Notes under the pieces: model-generated | Database searches by the model: none | Seen by the model: the letters and a program-made list of their open reading frames with translations, nothing else | What the model was told of the DNA's origin: nothing | Translations under genes and position numbers: made by a program | In this document: piece after piece, positions 62,272 to 64,000 of the stretch | Numbering within the stretch: the first letter of the stretch is position 1 | Layout: the number at the start of each line of letters is the position of its first letter | Virus record (IMG/VR): IMGVR_UViG_3300032280_000659 | Span: 1 to 64,000 of that record | DNA length: 64,000 bases | Source: a virus | Taxonomy: Duplodnaviria > Caudoviricetes | Reading direction: 5' to 3' (one strand)

Positions 62272-63618
62272 ATGATTAACTATCAAAAAGAAAAAACTGT
62301 TATTGTTTATCTGGCAATGAACACAAAAAGAGATGAATCTTACGGTAGAGATTCAGCTTCAATGCTTGTAAAAAGTCTTGATAGCTTGTATCAAAATTAT
62401 AATGAAAAATTTAAGCATGATATAATAATTTTTTACGATAAAAATCATGTATTTCTCCCAGATGACCAAAAAAGAATAGCAAACGGAAGAGAAGAAATAA
62501 AGTTTCAACTATTAGATGGTGACTTATGGAGTCCTCCTGATTGTGAAGAAATCAGAAAAAATCCAAATCCAAGTAATTGGACTGCTCCGCATTTTTCTGT
62601 CGGCTATCGCAATATGATGCGATGGTATGGTATACTGATATATAAATTTCTTACTGATCTTGGTTATGAAATGTATATGAGAATGGATGACGACTCATTG
62701 TTACATTCCACTATAGACTACGATCTCTTTGAGTTCTTACACAAAAACGATTATGATTATGGATTCAGATGTTACGTCAACGACCATATTTCTGTTTCAA
62801 ATGGATTAATAGAATTCTGTCATGAATATATAAAAGACAAAAATCTATCTAAACATTGGATAGACAGGTTTATCAACCAAAAAACAAATTGGAAATCTTC
62901 ATCTTATAATATTTTGGGTTACTACAATAATTTTTTGATATCAAAACTTGATTTCTGGATGAGGGATGATGTTCAGAAATTCCTCAAACACTTTGATGAA
63001 TCTGGTTTTATGTATACAAGAAGATGGAACGATCTAGTATCACAGGCTGTAACCATACAGCTTTTTATGGATAGAGAAAAAATCTATCAGTTCACTGATT
63101 GGACTTATGAACATGCAACTTTTGGCAATTATGATTCTCAAAATCACTTAACATGGGGAGGGCTGTATCCAAAAATAGAAAACAATAAGTATGTGCTAAA
63201 CGAATATTGTGAAAAATGGTTCAATAAGTACAACATTTTTGCCAAAAATAGTTTTCAAACACTTGATATCAAAAATTGCTTAAACTTTAAGCCAGTTTCT
63301 CTAAAAGATAATTGGTCAAAATCATTTTGCTTAGGCAAGGCACAGAATATTAACAATGTGTATGATCAAATCAACGACTATCTATTGAATTGTTTTGGCG
63401 AACTCAGAAATGACATACAATTTTCATATAAAACACCTTATGGTTTTGTTTGGCTCAATAATAATTCTTATGGAGATAAATATAACGATATTTTGGTTAT
63501 AAATTCTGATGTTATATCGGAAGTTTATTCTGAGCAAGATAAAGCTTCTGGATTTATTCTTAATCGCAATATTATAGTCAACCCTTGTAATTATGAAATA
63601 GGAGAACTAAATGAATAA
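62272..63618 (+). CDS. GT15-like (Kre2/Ktr alpha-1,2-mannosyltransferase) glycosyltransferase
   Basis: GYRNMMRW, YMRMDDDS, YDLFEFL...YGF, YYNNF.I..LDFW, GFMY.RW.D motifs. Confidence 0.65.
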   Translation: MINYQKEKTVIVYLAMNTKRDESYGRDSASMLVKSLDSLYQNYNEKFKHDIIIFYDKNHVFLPDDQKRIANGREEIKFQLLDGDLWSPPDCEEIRKNPNPSNWTAPHFSVGYRNMMRWYGILIYKFLTDLGYEMYMRMDDDSLLHSTIDYDLFEFLHKNDYDYGFRCYVNDHISVSNGLIEFCHEYIKDKNLSKHWIDRFINQKTNWKSSSYNILGYYNNFLISKLDFWMRDDVQKFLKHFDESGFMYTRRWNDLVSQAVTIQLFMDREKIYQFTDWTYEHATFGNYDSQNHLTWGGLYPKIENNKYVLNEYCEKWFNKYNIFAKNSFQTLDIKNCLNFKPVSLKDNWSKSFCLGKAQNINNVYDQINDYLLNCFGELRNDIQFSYKTPYGFVWLNNNSYGDKYNDILVINSDVISEVYSEQDKASGFILNRNIIVNPCNYEIGELNE

Positions 63619-64000
63619 AATAACTTGGTTGGATCTTTATAATTTCCTTTATGATCAGGCTCATGATTTTAAAAATCTAGGGAAATTCGATTGGAGTTCT
63701 CCTGTTGTAATTCACGATGCTGAAACTGGAGACGAACATTTTTGTGATACATGGATGATATCTGATGATACAAACGAAGAAAAACCAGTATTGCTTATTA
63801 ACGCTCAAGAAATATACAAATGAATAATTCAAACATAAGATTCTCAAATCCAATAGAATATGTATTAAATCAAATGCTTTCTGGGTTGAAAGTAGAAACA
63901 TTTGATATCAGAAACGCAACAGATCAATGGAATCAAATTAAGAATATTCAGCCAGTCGCATACGCACTGGACAATGGAGACGGGAACATTTACAATATAA

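Noticed and set aside
21874-63901. Minus-strand ORFs across the early region (e.g. 21874..22524, 23018..23443, 33496..33993)
   Set aside because: Opposite to the uniform plus-strand promoter and RBS organisation; composition typical of antisense frames.

Overview
This is a 64-kb segment of a large, AT-rich, tailed dsDNA phage (Caudoviricetes-type) genome. The host is uncertain; small secreted-type ORFs hint at Planctomycetota, by inference only. The left part (1-21.1 kb, minus strand) is the late/virion module: tail-fibre-like proteins, major capsid, protease/scaffold, portal, large terminase, ERCC4 and HNH nucleases, a phage sigma factor, and four very Cys-rich proteins. After a strand switch at about 21.1-21.6 kb comes a plus-strand early/host-takeover region of about 100 small ORFs with strong sigma70-type promoters and nine canonical-fold tRNAs, including unusual Ser(ACU) and Ile(UAU). 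Recognisable genes there include thyX, uvsE, DUF932, a kinase, PRTases, a bL12-like domain, an MbcA-like antitoxin and a GT15-like glycosyltransferase. The most striking unexplained features are non-coding. (1) An ORF-free ~950-nt transcription unit (28960-29971) contains eight self-closing structured RNAs, mostly separated by an AATACAA linker. It includes two paralogous pseudoknotted RNAs with clear covariation and a tRNA mimic whose anticodon loop is replaced by a GNRA tetraloop. (2) There are 13 copies of a bipartite DNA element (two 25-bp TAA-N4-TT-N7-AA-N4-TTA dyads exactly 53 bp apart), most of them ahead of early promoters. (3) There are six co-oriented copies of a 44-bp non-palindromic motif ending TAGTCAGC, and three sigma54-type sites.
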